Part shown: piece after piece, positions 13,201 through 25,143 of the stretch
Numbering within the stretch: the first letter of the stretch is position 1
Layout: each line of letters opens with the position of its first letter
Source: Ascidiella aspersa
Lineage: Eukaryota
Direction of reading: 5' to 3'
DNA: 64,000 bases
NCBI GenBank assembly: GCA_963924565.1
Contig: OZ004609.1
Location: 5,022,001-5,086,000, forward strand
Translations under genes and position numbers: made by a program
The notes under the pieces: generated by a model
The model's database searches: none
What the model saw: the letters and a program-made list of their open reading frames with translations, nothing else
Told to the model about the DNA's origin: nothing

Positions 13201-13559
13201 CGGTTTGTCAAAAATGGGTGCATCTAAAATATATACAGGATCGCTAGTGATTTTGGGTTTTTGGAACCACTTAATGCCCTAAAAAACTGGTATTTGGACT
13301 AATCGTTTTGTTGCTCTCTTACGAGAAAATGAGACGTCGGCCATTCAAGGACCCCTTGAATTTGACTCATTTATGCCACCGATTGCAACATTTTCCACCA
13401 AGCCTCTGGAAAAAATTCCTAATGGTAAAAAAAGAAGGAATTTTCATTGTTAGTAACGTAACGTCATGAACGTTAGTCAGGATTCGGAGTTGGAGCTGCT
13501 TAAAACAATATACTAGAACAGTGTTTTACAAGAAGGAGAACAAATTAATCGAAGTGAGA

Positions 13560-14950
13560 GAATTTAAGAGAACCGAACGATGATGAGGAAATAATAGTGA
13601 CTAAAACTTACTACGCCAAATTAGCAAGTGATAAATCATATAAAAGAAAAATAACCTGGCTCGAGAATATTTAATCCAAGATTTTCCGTCTTTTTTCGTA
13701 GCAGAATATATAGGAATACATCCAGGACATGTACATCACGGTAACTCAAAGCATAAGAAACAAGCAAATGTTAGAACTCGTCCCGAAGTGTTGGAAGAAA
13801 TCAGTGACGGTATGTCCACTTTAGGTGCAAAAAAACTTTATGATCATTTGCAAAAATCAGAAAGCTTCACCGATGGCGTAAGAAACCTAGAGAGCAGTTG
13901 CACCGAAAAAAGTATAATGCTGACAAGCAAAAAAGGAGGTTGTTTTCAATCTTACCAAAAAAATTATGCAGACGATTTTACAGGTAATTAACATGGCTGC
14001 TACACACAACTTTGTGAGGAAAGTAACCCATGGAAAACAAAGACCGACTTGCATTCATTTATATGTTGACAAGCAAATAGAAAACATTATTAGGCAATTT
14101 TGTTTACCCGGAAATGGTACTTGGAGCAGATAAAACATTTTTAACTTAGGTCAAATATACGTGACAGTCACAAGTTTTAAACAGTTGGCCTTGATTAGGA
14201 CTCGGACAGGAGAACATCCGTTACTTTGGACAACAAATCAGATTATGAAGCATACTTCGACTTTTTTGGAAATTTAAGTCTCATTTTAAATGGAGATTTT
14301 AAAAATCTTATATTTGGATCGGACAAAAAGCCATGCATAAGGGGGCATTGCGCAATGAACATTTAAAAGATGACCTACCTAGCACGTTATTTGCGCGACA
14401 AGGTTGGTGTTAGCCAAGATATCATCCGCAAACACGTTTTTAATCTATATGACGAGGCAATTAAATGCTGAAACAGAATTGCATTTTGAAGCAAAATCTA
14501 ACCAAATTTACGAACAATGCAACAACGATCAGCCTGAGGCTAAGCAATATTTGCGCCAATTTCTGGGCTTGGCAAAAGATAAACAATGGAAAAACATAAA
14601 AAATAAGGCTGGGTGGAGGGCAAAACAAAATACCTGAATTGATCATGATTTACGATATAGTCTTATCGCAGTATGTCGATTTAGAGAAAGCCTTGGTGAA
14701 ACTTGGGCCTTTTCATCTTGCCCCTGGCTATGAAAAGTTTGGTATGGGAGTTAATGATTAGGCTAGCTAAATCCCAGAAGGAGCAGTCGCAGCATTTAAA
14801 GAACTTTGACATTTAGCCACACTCCAAGTGCCTAGGCAGCAGCACTCAACGAACACCCTTCTCACACAGCAACCTCCATCAACAACAGCAGGAAAGAAAC
14901 GAGGCCAAATGGAAAGAGAATAAGAAGCCAACGAACAAAGAAAATGAAGC
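13560..14950 (+). pseudogene. Mutator/MULE-type transposase remnant
   Basis: HPGHVHHGNSKH; FVRKVTH..LYVDKQIENI..FCL; DKTF-(fs)-NLGQIYVTVTSFKQLALIRTRTGEHPL; LIFGSDKK. Many stops and frameshifts. Confidence 0.62.
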
Positions 14951-15021
14951 AATGAGCTTATATAGCAGCCTTCGTCATATTGTGTTTACACAGAGAATTT
15001 TTTTGTTTTAATCGATGTGCC

Positions 15022-15205
15022 GTAACGGAAAATTTTCAGTAAAAATCTATGGCCTAAATTCTTTGCAATCCTTTCAATGTTTGCGTTACTTCTTGCAGCC
15101 AATGTGCAAACGATAAACGGAAAATTTTCGGTAAAATTCCGTTACGTAGATTTCTTGCAACCACATTCTAATGTTTGCGATATCCTTGCAGCGAATTTGC
15201 AAAAA
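15022..15205. repeat. Two diverged ~92-bp tandem units (subterminal-repeat-like)
   Basis: AACGGAAAATTTTC(A/G)GTAAAA..TTGCAA..AATGTTTGCG..CTTGCAGC..TGCAAA occurs twice. Confidence 0.7.
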
Positions 15206-15486
15206 TTCAAATTGCTGACACCAATTTTTATGCGTCAAGGCATATTTACATTCGTTTTAGTATATGTTTTCAAAACGCCGCGGTCTGAACATATTAATCG
15301 GTTTCCCCGGTCGTGTGATTTCAAACTGTTGACATTTGTTTCGCAATCGCATTTTGACGTAAAAATTGTATGTTTCGCGTCAGCAGAAATAAGTGTGAAA
15401 AAGGCTTGAGATTTTGTTAAGTATCATAAGAATTAATGACCTAAATCTTTCTTTATTCGCAGAAATTTTCTTAACTGATTCTCGTC

Positions 15487-15522
15487 TATAAATAGCGTGT
15501 TCAATCAATAAAATACTCAGAC
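15487..15522 (+). promoter_or_regulatory. Candidate Pol II core promoter (TATA box plus initiator)
   Basis: TATAAATA at 15487 and TCAGAC with A at 15519 (32-nt spacing), immediately upstream of a long open frame. Confidence 0.5.
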
Positions 15523-15545
15523 AGCAAACTCGAGTGCTTTTGTGA

Positions 15546-16481
15546 CTGAACCAGATAGAGGCTACTCACCCGAACCGCAGAACAGGGTTTGTACGCCGAG
15601 AACCAGAGTTCTCGCCAATCAGTTCTGCAAGCTCAGATTCAAGCAGAAATTCTCCTGTCAAGAAGGTACGTAAACCCTTCGTTAATCTTGATAGACTTCA
15701 AGCATCTACTTCAGCAGCTGAAGCAGCCATATCGCGAGGTCCAAGAACTCCACCTTTGATTAGACGAATTTCAGGATCCAGATCACCCATAAGATCACCA
15801 CCAAGAAGAAGATATCCATCGGAAAGAAGAAGCAATTACAGAAGAAATAGCCACGAACGTTCTCCGGAATCCGAAGATTCTTACGAACTGTATCTCCCGC
15901 CAGCTCCAAGACCTTCGTGGCGAATCCACGTCCCGTTTAGTGCAGGCACATCAAAAGAGCAAATTGCTTCCGATCGGCGACTTGAAAATCAGGAATCTTG
16001 CCCCTTTGTCGATTCTTATTTCAAAGCTCGTGCAGTAACTACTCAACAAATCAGACTTCAAAACGGATCTTTTGAGGCCAATTTTGCTATTCCTAGCATC
16101 AGAGAATTTCGACATATCAACAATATAGACAATCTTGGAATTGTGGCTGTGCATTCTCTGCAAGTCAACAAGGAACCAGGAGACGTGTTCGTGTGGCGAT
16201 CAAGTCATACTCCAACATCTATTGAAGGCAAGGTCTTAACAGAGACGTTCTTGGCATTAAGAATATTCCTTAGTGTTCCATTACGTCTTGTAACAAGTCT
16301 TGTTTCTTCAAGCTCGACTCAATTGTTAAGGTTTAATAATTGTAAGTCACCCGTGTATCTCGAATATATTTGTTTGTCCTACCGGGTCGCAGTTATAATA
16401 TTCTGGTTTATTTGGCTTCCGTTAGTTTTTGTTATGACACTTTTTTGCAACACCTTAAAATACCGGATATTCCTCTGGTAA
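15546..16481 (+). CDS. Orphan intronless ORF: Ser/Arg/Pro-rich N-terminal half plus unknown globular segment; possibly pseudogenised
   Basis: Frame is stop-free from 15546 (track reports 15756-16481). RSPIRSPPRRRYPSERRS repeats. AATAAA at 16570. No ATG near the 5' end; the last ~75 codons may be out-of-frame read-through. Confidence 0.5.
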   Translation: MNQIEATHPNRRTGFVRREPEFSPISSASSDSSRNSPVKKVRKPFVNLDRLQASTSAAEAAISRGPRTPPLIRRISGSRSPIRSPPRRRYPSERRSNYRRNSHERSPESEDSYELYLPPAPRPSWRIHVPFSAGTSKEQIASDRRLENQESCPFVDSYFKARAVTTQQIRLQNGSFEANFAIPSIREFRHINNIDNLGIVAVHSLQVNKEPGDVFVWRSSHTPTSIEGKVLTETFLALRIFLSVPLRLVTSLVSSSSTQLLRFNNCKSPVYLEYICLSYRVAVIIFWFIWLPLVFVMTLFCNTLKYRIFLW

Positions 16482-16904
16482 AGTTGTGTTTTCAATAACT
16501 GTTATTTGTCACATTATTTAATTTTACAGCCTTTACCTTACTTAATGCAGACATTGTGATAAGTTTTAAAATAAACAATGTTCTTTGGCATTTGTTTTTT
16601 ACTCAATACGATAGTATTGAATCAGTATGTGACGCAGTCCAAACATGGTAAAAAAATGAATACAATTTTTGTTATGGTTATGAATGAGATTTTGGTGCAC
16701 ATAAGTTTGTCTAAAAAGTTCTACAGCGTGCTTTGGGAAATGGTTGATTAACTATAATTTTTCACTTTTGGTTCAGTGTACTGGCTAGCCACGGGCAATT
16801 TTCTCAGAAATGGTGGTTAGGAGGCCTTTCGAATAGTCTGTTCCATTAGTCCCTAGATTATTTAATGAACATATTCCTAGTTTTAACGGTTGTTTACTGA
16901 GGAC

Positions 16905-17640
16905 CAGGACTGCGGAGTCGGGACTCGGAACTCGAGTAAGACTATGTAAAACTAGCCGAGTCCCGAGACCGACGTGCGCAGTACCAAATTGTGAAACTGA
17001 TATGGACGTTAACTGGAAATTCTAAAGATTGGTTTCCGACCATGTATTGTGAGTGGATATGGATTGTGGCTTACACACCCCTATGAGAAAATTGCCGAAA
17101 ATCGAACGTATTTATTTCCGTAAATTGGAGACAATACAGGCGCTGTCGAGCAGGGGTCGGGAACTTGAAAGTCAAATTGTTTTTCCAGGAGAGCCATACT
17201 TTTTACATAGGCTATAGTAAATTTAGCAGGGTTCGTTTATCTCATTTAAAGGAACATAATATGCACCTAAAATTAGGGAGTTTTATTGAAAGAAAAGCGT
17301 TTTTTTAATATAAAGAAATTCGCGCGAAGCGCCGAAAATTAGCTAACATGTGTAAAATTAAAAGGGAAATATGGAGAGCGGTTGTGGCCGCTTGCAGTTT
17401 TGTTAAGATCATGCTCAGAAATGATAGCTCAAAAATATGTCTGCAAGCAAGATAATTTATTTCATCAAACGAGCATATATGGCTCGCGAGGCAACAGGGG
17501 ACGTGGCAAAAATGTGCAAAAAATGTTCGCATCCCCGTCTCTCGCTGGGCTGTAGAGTCAGATACGGACAAAGGTTGATTGATTTACACCCCTGTTGATT
17601 ACTCTGTAGACAGGAGTCGGGCTCGGGAATCGACAAAATC
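16905..17640. mobile_element. Nested hAT-like MITE fragments
   Basis: CAGGACTGCGGAGTCGG start with GGAGTCGG-type subterminal motifs (also 17612-17634). Inner CAGGGGTCGGGAAC (17151) pairs loosely with GTTCGCATCCCCG (~17525-17537). Confidence 0.4.
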
Positions 17641-18490
17641 GCACGTATTTTATTTTTTATTATTTCTGAAGATATGTTCTCCTGAAGAAGAAAAATGATT
17701 TATATAATAAACTTGGATTGCATTTTGTGCTTGTTTCCATGTTTTTTTTTTAATTTTAGTCTTCTCAATACGTGGCCAATGTTTGTTAGTGTCAGCAACT
17801 AATTCCGGACATCCATGAGATATTAAAAGCAATTAAATAAAATACCTGATTCTACTTATGCATATAGCGTTAATTAAACCTTACTACTACTACCTGCTGC
17901 TGTTACTATTATACAAAAATAAATGCTAAGAAATGTTGTTGTCAGAACAGCGTTACCAACCAGCATAGTTAATAAATGTACATAATAAATACATTAACTA
18001 GACTGATCAAAAAGGCCATTCCAAAGATTTGTACTTAACGGCGTTGCCTAGTTGCAATAAAAAAAATATTTTTTGGTGCGAAGTATAGTTCTCTATCAGC
18101 AGGAGCTAAAATCAAGTTATTCTGCTTTATTTTTTAGTATTGTGTATAGTACCAAGCATACCAATACACATCACTAATCCCCCTCAAAATGACGCATATG
18201 AGGCCAACATTACCTTAACCTATGCTTGAGAATGATTTGGTCAGGGCAACACGGAGTGGGGGACACAGCGCCTTCACATGTAGGGCCTATTGTTGTAGAA
18301 AGTATTTACCCGACCCATTTTATTCTCGGTTACAATTTGAATTACTTAGAAAAAACACCCTAAAAATTATTTGTGGGTGAGATTACTAAACAAGGAAAAT
18401 GAGACAAGTTTGTCTAGAAAAATAGCATCATTACCCATCTGTTCAGACCACAAACATTTTTGTACTGTGTGTTGCGCACCTGCTTGATCG

Positions 18491-19715
18491 TCTTCTTCTT
18501 TCGTATGGACGATCTTATTATTCCAGTTCAAATAATGTCCGGGCAGAAGTCGAGATGCCAGCGGATAGTAGTCCTCATCGTCCAAGAGTGTCAGACCATT
18601 TGTCCCACTTGGGGCGATATATCGGCACCTTGAGACTATGTGATCTGCAGTCTGTTCCTCCAACAAACCTAGCACGCCCGACCCCCCTGTTCTCAGCCTG
18701 TTAAGGCAAAAGTCTAGGCTCGAATAGGACAGGCCAAGGGGGGCTCTGCACACATACTGCGTTTCGCTTCAAGCGGCGCGTCAAGCAGTGCGTAACGACG
18801 CTTCAAACGTTCGGCTGCGTTTGGCGTGGCGCGTTCTACATAACGCGTCAGGCGACGTTCCCGGTTTGTTGTCAGCAAACAGCGTCAGTTCGCAAAAAAC
18901 TGGCAAATTTATCAGTTAGATATTTTTTTTTATTTTCTTACCATGGATGATGACGATGACGATGCGGATATGATTTGTGTGGGAAAACGCTAGTAAACTC
19001 ATCACTATTAATCACACCTAGTTGTCGGTCCTGTGCACCTCGCTTATTTTCATCCATATGTTGTTTTTCCTTAATTGGTCTTTGTAAAATTTATTTTTTG
19101 AATCGTATAGATATGGGGCATTTCGATCCATTTGGATTAATATTTCAACTCTTCACTGGTTTACCAATATAAAAAAGTTATGCTAAACCACTAATTTATA
19201 TCAGCAAACCAATATATTTCGTAAATTTATCCAATATTTAACACAAAAAATGAGCGCGTCACGCGGAAAAGTTAAACAAATTTTAACCCTGCCGTTTGAC
19301 GCGTTGAAGCGAGATCTCGACGGTTGCGTCGCGCGCGTTTTTGAGTGTGCATGCTTTGCCGCGTAACGCAGTTTGTGAGCCCTTAATATTAGGCTTATGG
19401 TGGTGGGGCATCCATTCACCTCCACCAGAGCTTTTACATTTCTGCAGTGATTTGAGTGCAGCTGGTAAAAGGAGAATCTCGAGGATAGTAGTAGTAGTGT
19501 AGTAGCCCTTTGGTATTGTGGGCTCCTCTGGGGCGAAGCTCAGCGGGCTAGGTATGTGTAGACATAGCCAAGTCATCAGCGTATGCTTGGAGAGACACTA
19601 TGGCGGGCAGATCACTGTAATAAACATTAAACAGCAAAGGAGAGCCATGGAGCCGTTGTTTGTCTTAAAACAAAGCTGCGATTATGGACAAGTTCCATGA
19701 TCATGCTGACCATGT
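18491..19715 (-). mobile_element. Vingi/Ingi-like non-LTR retrotransposon remnant (RT to 3' tail), interrupted by a MITE
   Basis: Minus strand: MIMELVHNRSFVL, PLLFNVYYSDLPAIVSLQAYADDLAM (YADD), LNRLRTG, EEQTADHIVSRC..GLTLLDDE, ending CATACGAAAGAAGAAGA with a (GAA)n tail. Confidence 0.8.
18751..19383. mobile_element. Harbinger/Tourist-like MITE
   Basis: Left CACATACTGCGTTTCGC matches the reverse complement of the right end (CACAAACTGCGTTACGC) at 15/17. Right end ...GTGAGCCCT|TAA. GC-rich subterminal inverted motifs. Outer left TIR appears deleted. Confidence 0.65.
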
Positions 19716-21779
19716 GTTTGTTAAAAATATTAATCACTGATTTTATGCTGCTGCTATGTTAAAATGACAACTCTAAAAATGGGGTAAAGTAGGGCTTTCG
19801 GGCTTTAAGAATACATTTTAAGTTACATAAAACTGGAAAATTAGTGATGCTTTTTCTCTTGCCATTATTTCTTTGTTTTTAAAGAAAAACATACAGTATC
19901 GGTTAGGGGTAGTCCCGGATTTTAGTGTGATAACTAGGGTAATACTAAAAGTGTAGGCGACTAAAATGCTTAAACACATATTTTTAAAGACTGGTTTGAT
20001 AACTTTAGGCACAGCATATTCACCATGTATAAAAAATATTTTTTAGTTTAGCAGTAGTAAGCAATGTTAACATATAATTTGGAAAAAAATGTTATGTTAA
20101 ATATATATTTTATAAAGGCGCGCTTTTTTGGTGCCTAATCTTTTTTGCCAATTAAACTGAATTTTTTTCTTCTCAAGTATGGAATATCGAAAACGTCGGA
20201 TACGTTTGACTGCCCCTAAGTTTATGTTTTCTAATCAAGTTCTTTACCCTGATTCGGCTCCCCAACAAATAGAACCCCCAGATCAAAATCTAAACTTGTG
20301 CATTGAAAAAAGTGGTTTTCGATCCGATCAGTGAGATTGCCCTAACTTGAAAAATGAAGTATAGGATACTTGCATTTTTATAGTGAAATAAACTGTAAAT
20401 TTGGTTTATTGTTATTATCTTACTTTGTATGATTTTAGTGGTTTCAGTTATACCAGAAAGCCAGGCTCACTATGGAAGAGATTTCAAAATCAACAGCAAC
20501 TACTTTAAAATTGCATTATTTTTAAAAATATGGTTGGTTATATTACAAGTTATGGGTATAGCTGTTTGTAATAAAGTATTATTAACATACACCAGTTAAA
20601 TAAATCTATGGTGGCTACTTCGGCCTTCTCTCCAATGAAGTATGCTTGTCGTACTGTTTTATTAGGATGCTTTGTTGTGTTTAGATTGTTCCAAGAATAG
20701 AGTTCATTGGGATGCAAAATGTTATATACCCCTATATTATTAAAGAAACAGAAGGCTTCAAGTTATTACCCGTAAACTATGACAATAAACAACTAAAAAA
20801 TCGATGTTCGATTTTCATTATCAAAAGTATTCTTATTTCCACAATTTCAGGTAAGAAATGATATTTTTGTTTAATATGAGTTGAACATTAAGGACTGTAG
20901 CCATTAATATTTTTCCCAATTTTTTTATTATGCCTTTTGATGAACCAAATTATTTGACTACTACTAATGCAAGGTAATAGAAATTAAATGAACTAAAGCA
21001 TAGATAGTAATAAAAATGTGTTTTGAGGTTGGTAATGAGGACCAAAGTGAATTTTTAATGCATTGCAGAACTTAGGTCAAGTGACATTTGGAAAAATAAG
21101 TATTTAACATGTGGCTAAAAGAGAAAGAGAGGTTGAACTATTTTAATATAATAGATTTTCTTTTAATAAATTTAAAAATAATGCTTTACTTTAGCGATGT
21201 GTACCTCTATCGAGCTGATGGACTGAAAATATTAATTAGAAGAACCAACAATGCCACATAAGACTTCGTACAGATAAATCACTATTCTCCACAACGAATT
21301 TCTTCCTGAAGAAAAACAACAAAGGTAACTGAATAAAAATGATGGTATATTTTTTTACTTACTGTCTGTTTGTTCTTTTAAACGGGTACGAGGAAAAAAA
21401 TCTCAGGTTTAGCTTTACCTCTGGTACTATATAATTCTGTAGACTTGATGTTGTCAGCAAGATTGCTTCACCTCATGAAAATTTAGCTGAAAATTCTCTT
21501 TGACTTGGCTCCGCATCGGGAAGATCCAACTAATGACAAGCCAAAATCCAAAACTATCAAAAAAACCATTGTAGACCAATAAGCAGAAATAAAAAATTTA
21601 AAAGAAGTAGAGGAAAATCTTGCTACAATTATGACGCTGGGATAAGAATTTCCCGCAGTGATGCATCTCTTAAAAAAGACAATTCCAAAACAACTCCCAC
21701 AAATATATAAAAGAACTTGCAACCTAAGTCATAATAAGCTTCCCCGGAAACATCCCAAACCAAATCAGTTTTCTTCAAG

Positions 21780-22400
21780 ATAAAATGTTTTGTTATCCCA
21801 TGACCACAGCTTTCGTGCTGGATGGCTACATGATAACTCAGTTTATGCCACAGCAACATCCTTTATGTGTCATCAATGGTTGCCCAAGTTGTACAACAAA
21901 AAGGCTCTATCAAGCGATTATGGTCTAAACACATGTCTCACTGACAAGAAGTGGTTATTCGTGCCGCGGAACCCAAGTGGTCGTCATTGGATATATTACT
22001 TGCCGTCAATATTGATAAGCGACTTCTTTTGTACCTGGATCCTGTACAAATATAATGGTTTGCACCCAAACTAGTATGAGTGTTATACTTTTGTAAATTA
22101 CCTCATGACTAAAAAGTTTGGATTTCCCCTTACATCTGTTGAAAGCTATGCTCGGACTCTACAGTCAGACTAAGATAGTTGTATGTATGCGAAATGGCTT
22201 TCCTCAAACAAAAGTCGTGTTGTGTACATTCTGGATCAGTATTTGAATATCGCCGCAAGTATATGATTCTGTCGTGGGGGCGGCATGTCTTGGGAAGACC
22301 CTAAAAAAGTTCATTGGGTCCACAGTGGTTCCACAGCACATGTGTAGGGATGACAAAAGAACAAGCAGCAAATGAAAAGCACTTTCTATGTCAAAACAGC
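21780..22400 (+). pseudogene. Ulp1/C48 (SUMO-type) cysteine protease followed by a PHD finger
   Basis: AGWLHDN; KWLFVPRNPSGRHWI-(fs)-LLAVNIDKRLLLYLDP (His and Asp region); TLQSD*DSC (Gln/Cys region); QWFHSTCVGMTKEQAANEKHFLCQN. Confidence 0.78.
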
Positions 22401-22839
22401 TTTTCTTTAGAAAAAGACAATCTTTGCCTTCTACTGACTGTCCTTTACCTCTTAATTATTTTTATATTGATTAAACAAAATTACTGTAATCAATTTAATG
22501 TTATTCAATTATTATTTATTGAACTATCTTCCAAATGAAATATTTCTCTGTTTTTAATTTTTTTATGTATATAGATCACTTTTATTCTGTAGTTAAACTA
22601 ATTACATATCTATTGAGCAAATCAATTTATGTTTAATTTTATTCATTGTCAATCAAATCATTATTTAAGCAAGCAATCATTTATATTGAAATGAAATGAA
22701 TTATTTGGTTTTTCCTTTATTATCAAATTTTCTCTTCTACCTTTATTCTGTGTCTGCAATCTACACACAGCATCATTTGATTTCTACATCTGCACCCATC
22801 TTAACAACCCATGACTGCAATAATGAAAAATACACATGC

Positions 22840-23491
22840 TGTGACGTCCAAAATTTTAGGACGGTCACGCATAGGCTTACAAGTTAGCAAACCTAGGCTT
22901 TTGCCTTTGTCGTAGGTGACGTCATCGGGCACGATGAGTCAGAAATTCACAACTGTCCTCTAACTGCACAAACTGTGGTTTTCAGTGTTATATTATGGCG
23001 ATGAAGGTGAAAGAACGGTGCACGAATTCGGCAACGGATAAACAAATACAGTATCCAAAGAGGGTTCATTCCAAATCATGACATTGAAAGGCGTTTACAT
23101 CATACAGAACATGTTGGGATTATACAGTAGAGGACACATTCAGATTTCTGAAGTTCACAGTACCTAGGTGTTTAGCATTACGGTGTTGGTTTAATCGTCT
23201 AAACATTTAAAGAATAACAACAAACAAAATGTTACCAAAACACTTTACATAACTAGACATTCACTAAATTGCAATTATCTTACATTAACGAGCATATAAA
23301 CAACTAAACTTAGCCGATTCCAACAGATAACTGCCATACGAAGACTGCAACAGAAAGTGAACAAAGACTGCACTAAAAAGGGGTGCGAAAACAAAGCCGA
23401 AATACACAAAGGAATCATACCGTAACGCATGGTTGCACTTGACAGAGAAGCATAGAAAACTTATATAAATATTGTTATTTTGTCCGTAACA
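22840..23491 (-). repeat. 3' LTR of BEL element (652 bp)
   Basis: Direct repeat of 28234-28866. Confidence 0.96.
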
Positions 23492-24302
23492 TTCCGGCCC
23501 CAAAAATGTCAGAAAGCATGGAGAACATTTTTCAAAACAAAGGCGGACAAAAGAACAATAATGGTACACAAACACAAATGTTTTGTTTGACAGAAACAGC
23601 TGGGAAGCCAAAATTCGATTACAAGTTTCTCAATAAAACTAACAATGAACATTGCAATCTTGGACTGAAAAAGAAACAAGGGCACAAATGTTATACAACA
23701 AGACACTGACAGGAGTTTCATAAAATGCACAGTTCAAATGCTTCATATCAAACTACAAATTTGCACCAATATTTGTTCTAGGAGGTAAACAGCAATGACA
23801 AGTTTAGGCAAAGCAATTTGAAGATGACAAAATGGCATGTAAAGGCTAGAATAAAGCACGTTCAAAATAAATGAAAACATACATTAGGACCACCAAAAAT
23901 TAAGAAAATTAGGAGGTAAAGGTAAGCATAAAGGACTAGTAAGAAACCATTTTCACAATACTTGAAAATCACATTTTAAGAAACACAATGAGTAAATTGA
24001 AATGTTGATAGAAACACACAGTAGGCTATCTTAAGCAACTCCATAATACTTGATAATGAACATTCAGGCAACACAATGGGTAGTGGGCAACAATATGAAG
24101 TATGAAAGGTATTCGGAATGTTGGCATTTAAAAAATAACACAACTTCACAACACAGGCATGTAAAGTAAAAAGTACGGCAAGATGAAGGTTCACATAGGT
24201 AGCAACAGGTTTGCAAAAATGACATATGTAGAGGGATGTGATAAAGAAATAAAAAGAATGAGCAGCTTACAAATAGAAACAGCATGCAACGAAAGTAAAA
24301 AC

Positions 24303-25049
24303 TTAACCACGTTCCAGCAAGCACAGCCTTCGAATGTCCCTCCTCAAGGTTAAGCCATGTGTTCGGACTCGAACCCTCCGTACAACTCCATCCTGATCAG
24401 GAATGACCTGCTTAACCCGTCCTATGGGCCATGCTCTTCTCTTTGTGTTAGTATTGATTACTAACACAACATCTCCGACTTTGAAGTTGTTCATCGGTTC
24501 CAACCACCTTTTTTGCAAAAGTGGCAAATATTCCTTTAACCAGCTTTTCCAAAACTGGTCACTAAGCCATCGTACTGCACGCCAGAATTTCTTGTCATCA
24601 TCTGTCTTGTGTACTTCCTTTCTTTCATGTAACTCGTGGTTAGCTTGAATGAAGTTTCTTTTGTTGGTGAACTTGGGTTTAATGGTAGACCATCTTCTGA
24701 GCAGAAATGTCAGAGCGTCACTACCACCTGGTTCCGTAAAAACCTCAGATTTGCCAGAATGCTTGGCAGTCCTGTCAAACCCAATCGCAAACTTGCGATT
24801 AATGCAACGGCGAGCTTTCTTCGCTTGTGGCTTTCCCCAACCAAGTACTTTCCTTGGTTTTCCCATTTCTAGGTGATGACTGGTCTTCTCAATGTACTTC
24901 TGAAACAGCGACCAACCCATATCGAATCGCCTCTGTTTACCAAGAGGGTGTTTTTTCGCTTTTCCACAATACAAAGACAGCTTGTCATCCTTACCTTCAC
25001 ATGGTAACGCAAGCTGTTTGTCTTCCTTTTTTACAGTTGATTTCATCAT
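24303..25049 (-). pseudogene. BEL pol remnant: pre-RT spacer fused to the integrase C-terminal (DUF5641-like) domain
   Basis: KKFWRAVRWLSDQFWKSWLKEYLPLLQKRW..FKVGDVVLV..WPIGRVKQVIPDQDGVVRRVRVRT..RRDIRRLCLLE. No YxDD, RNase H or DDE motifs upstream. Confidence 0.88.
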
Positions 25050-25143
25050 AGTGATTTCTCAACGGACGTAGAAATGCCGTTTGGGCACATGTCATCTGTG
25101 GTAAACCGTTTACCACAGCTGTCCTCTGGCGCATCAGTGCCAA

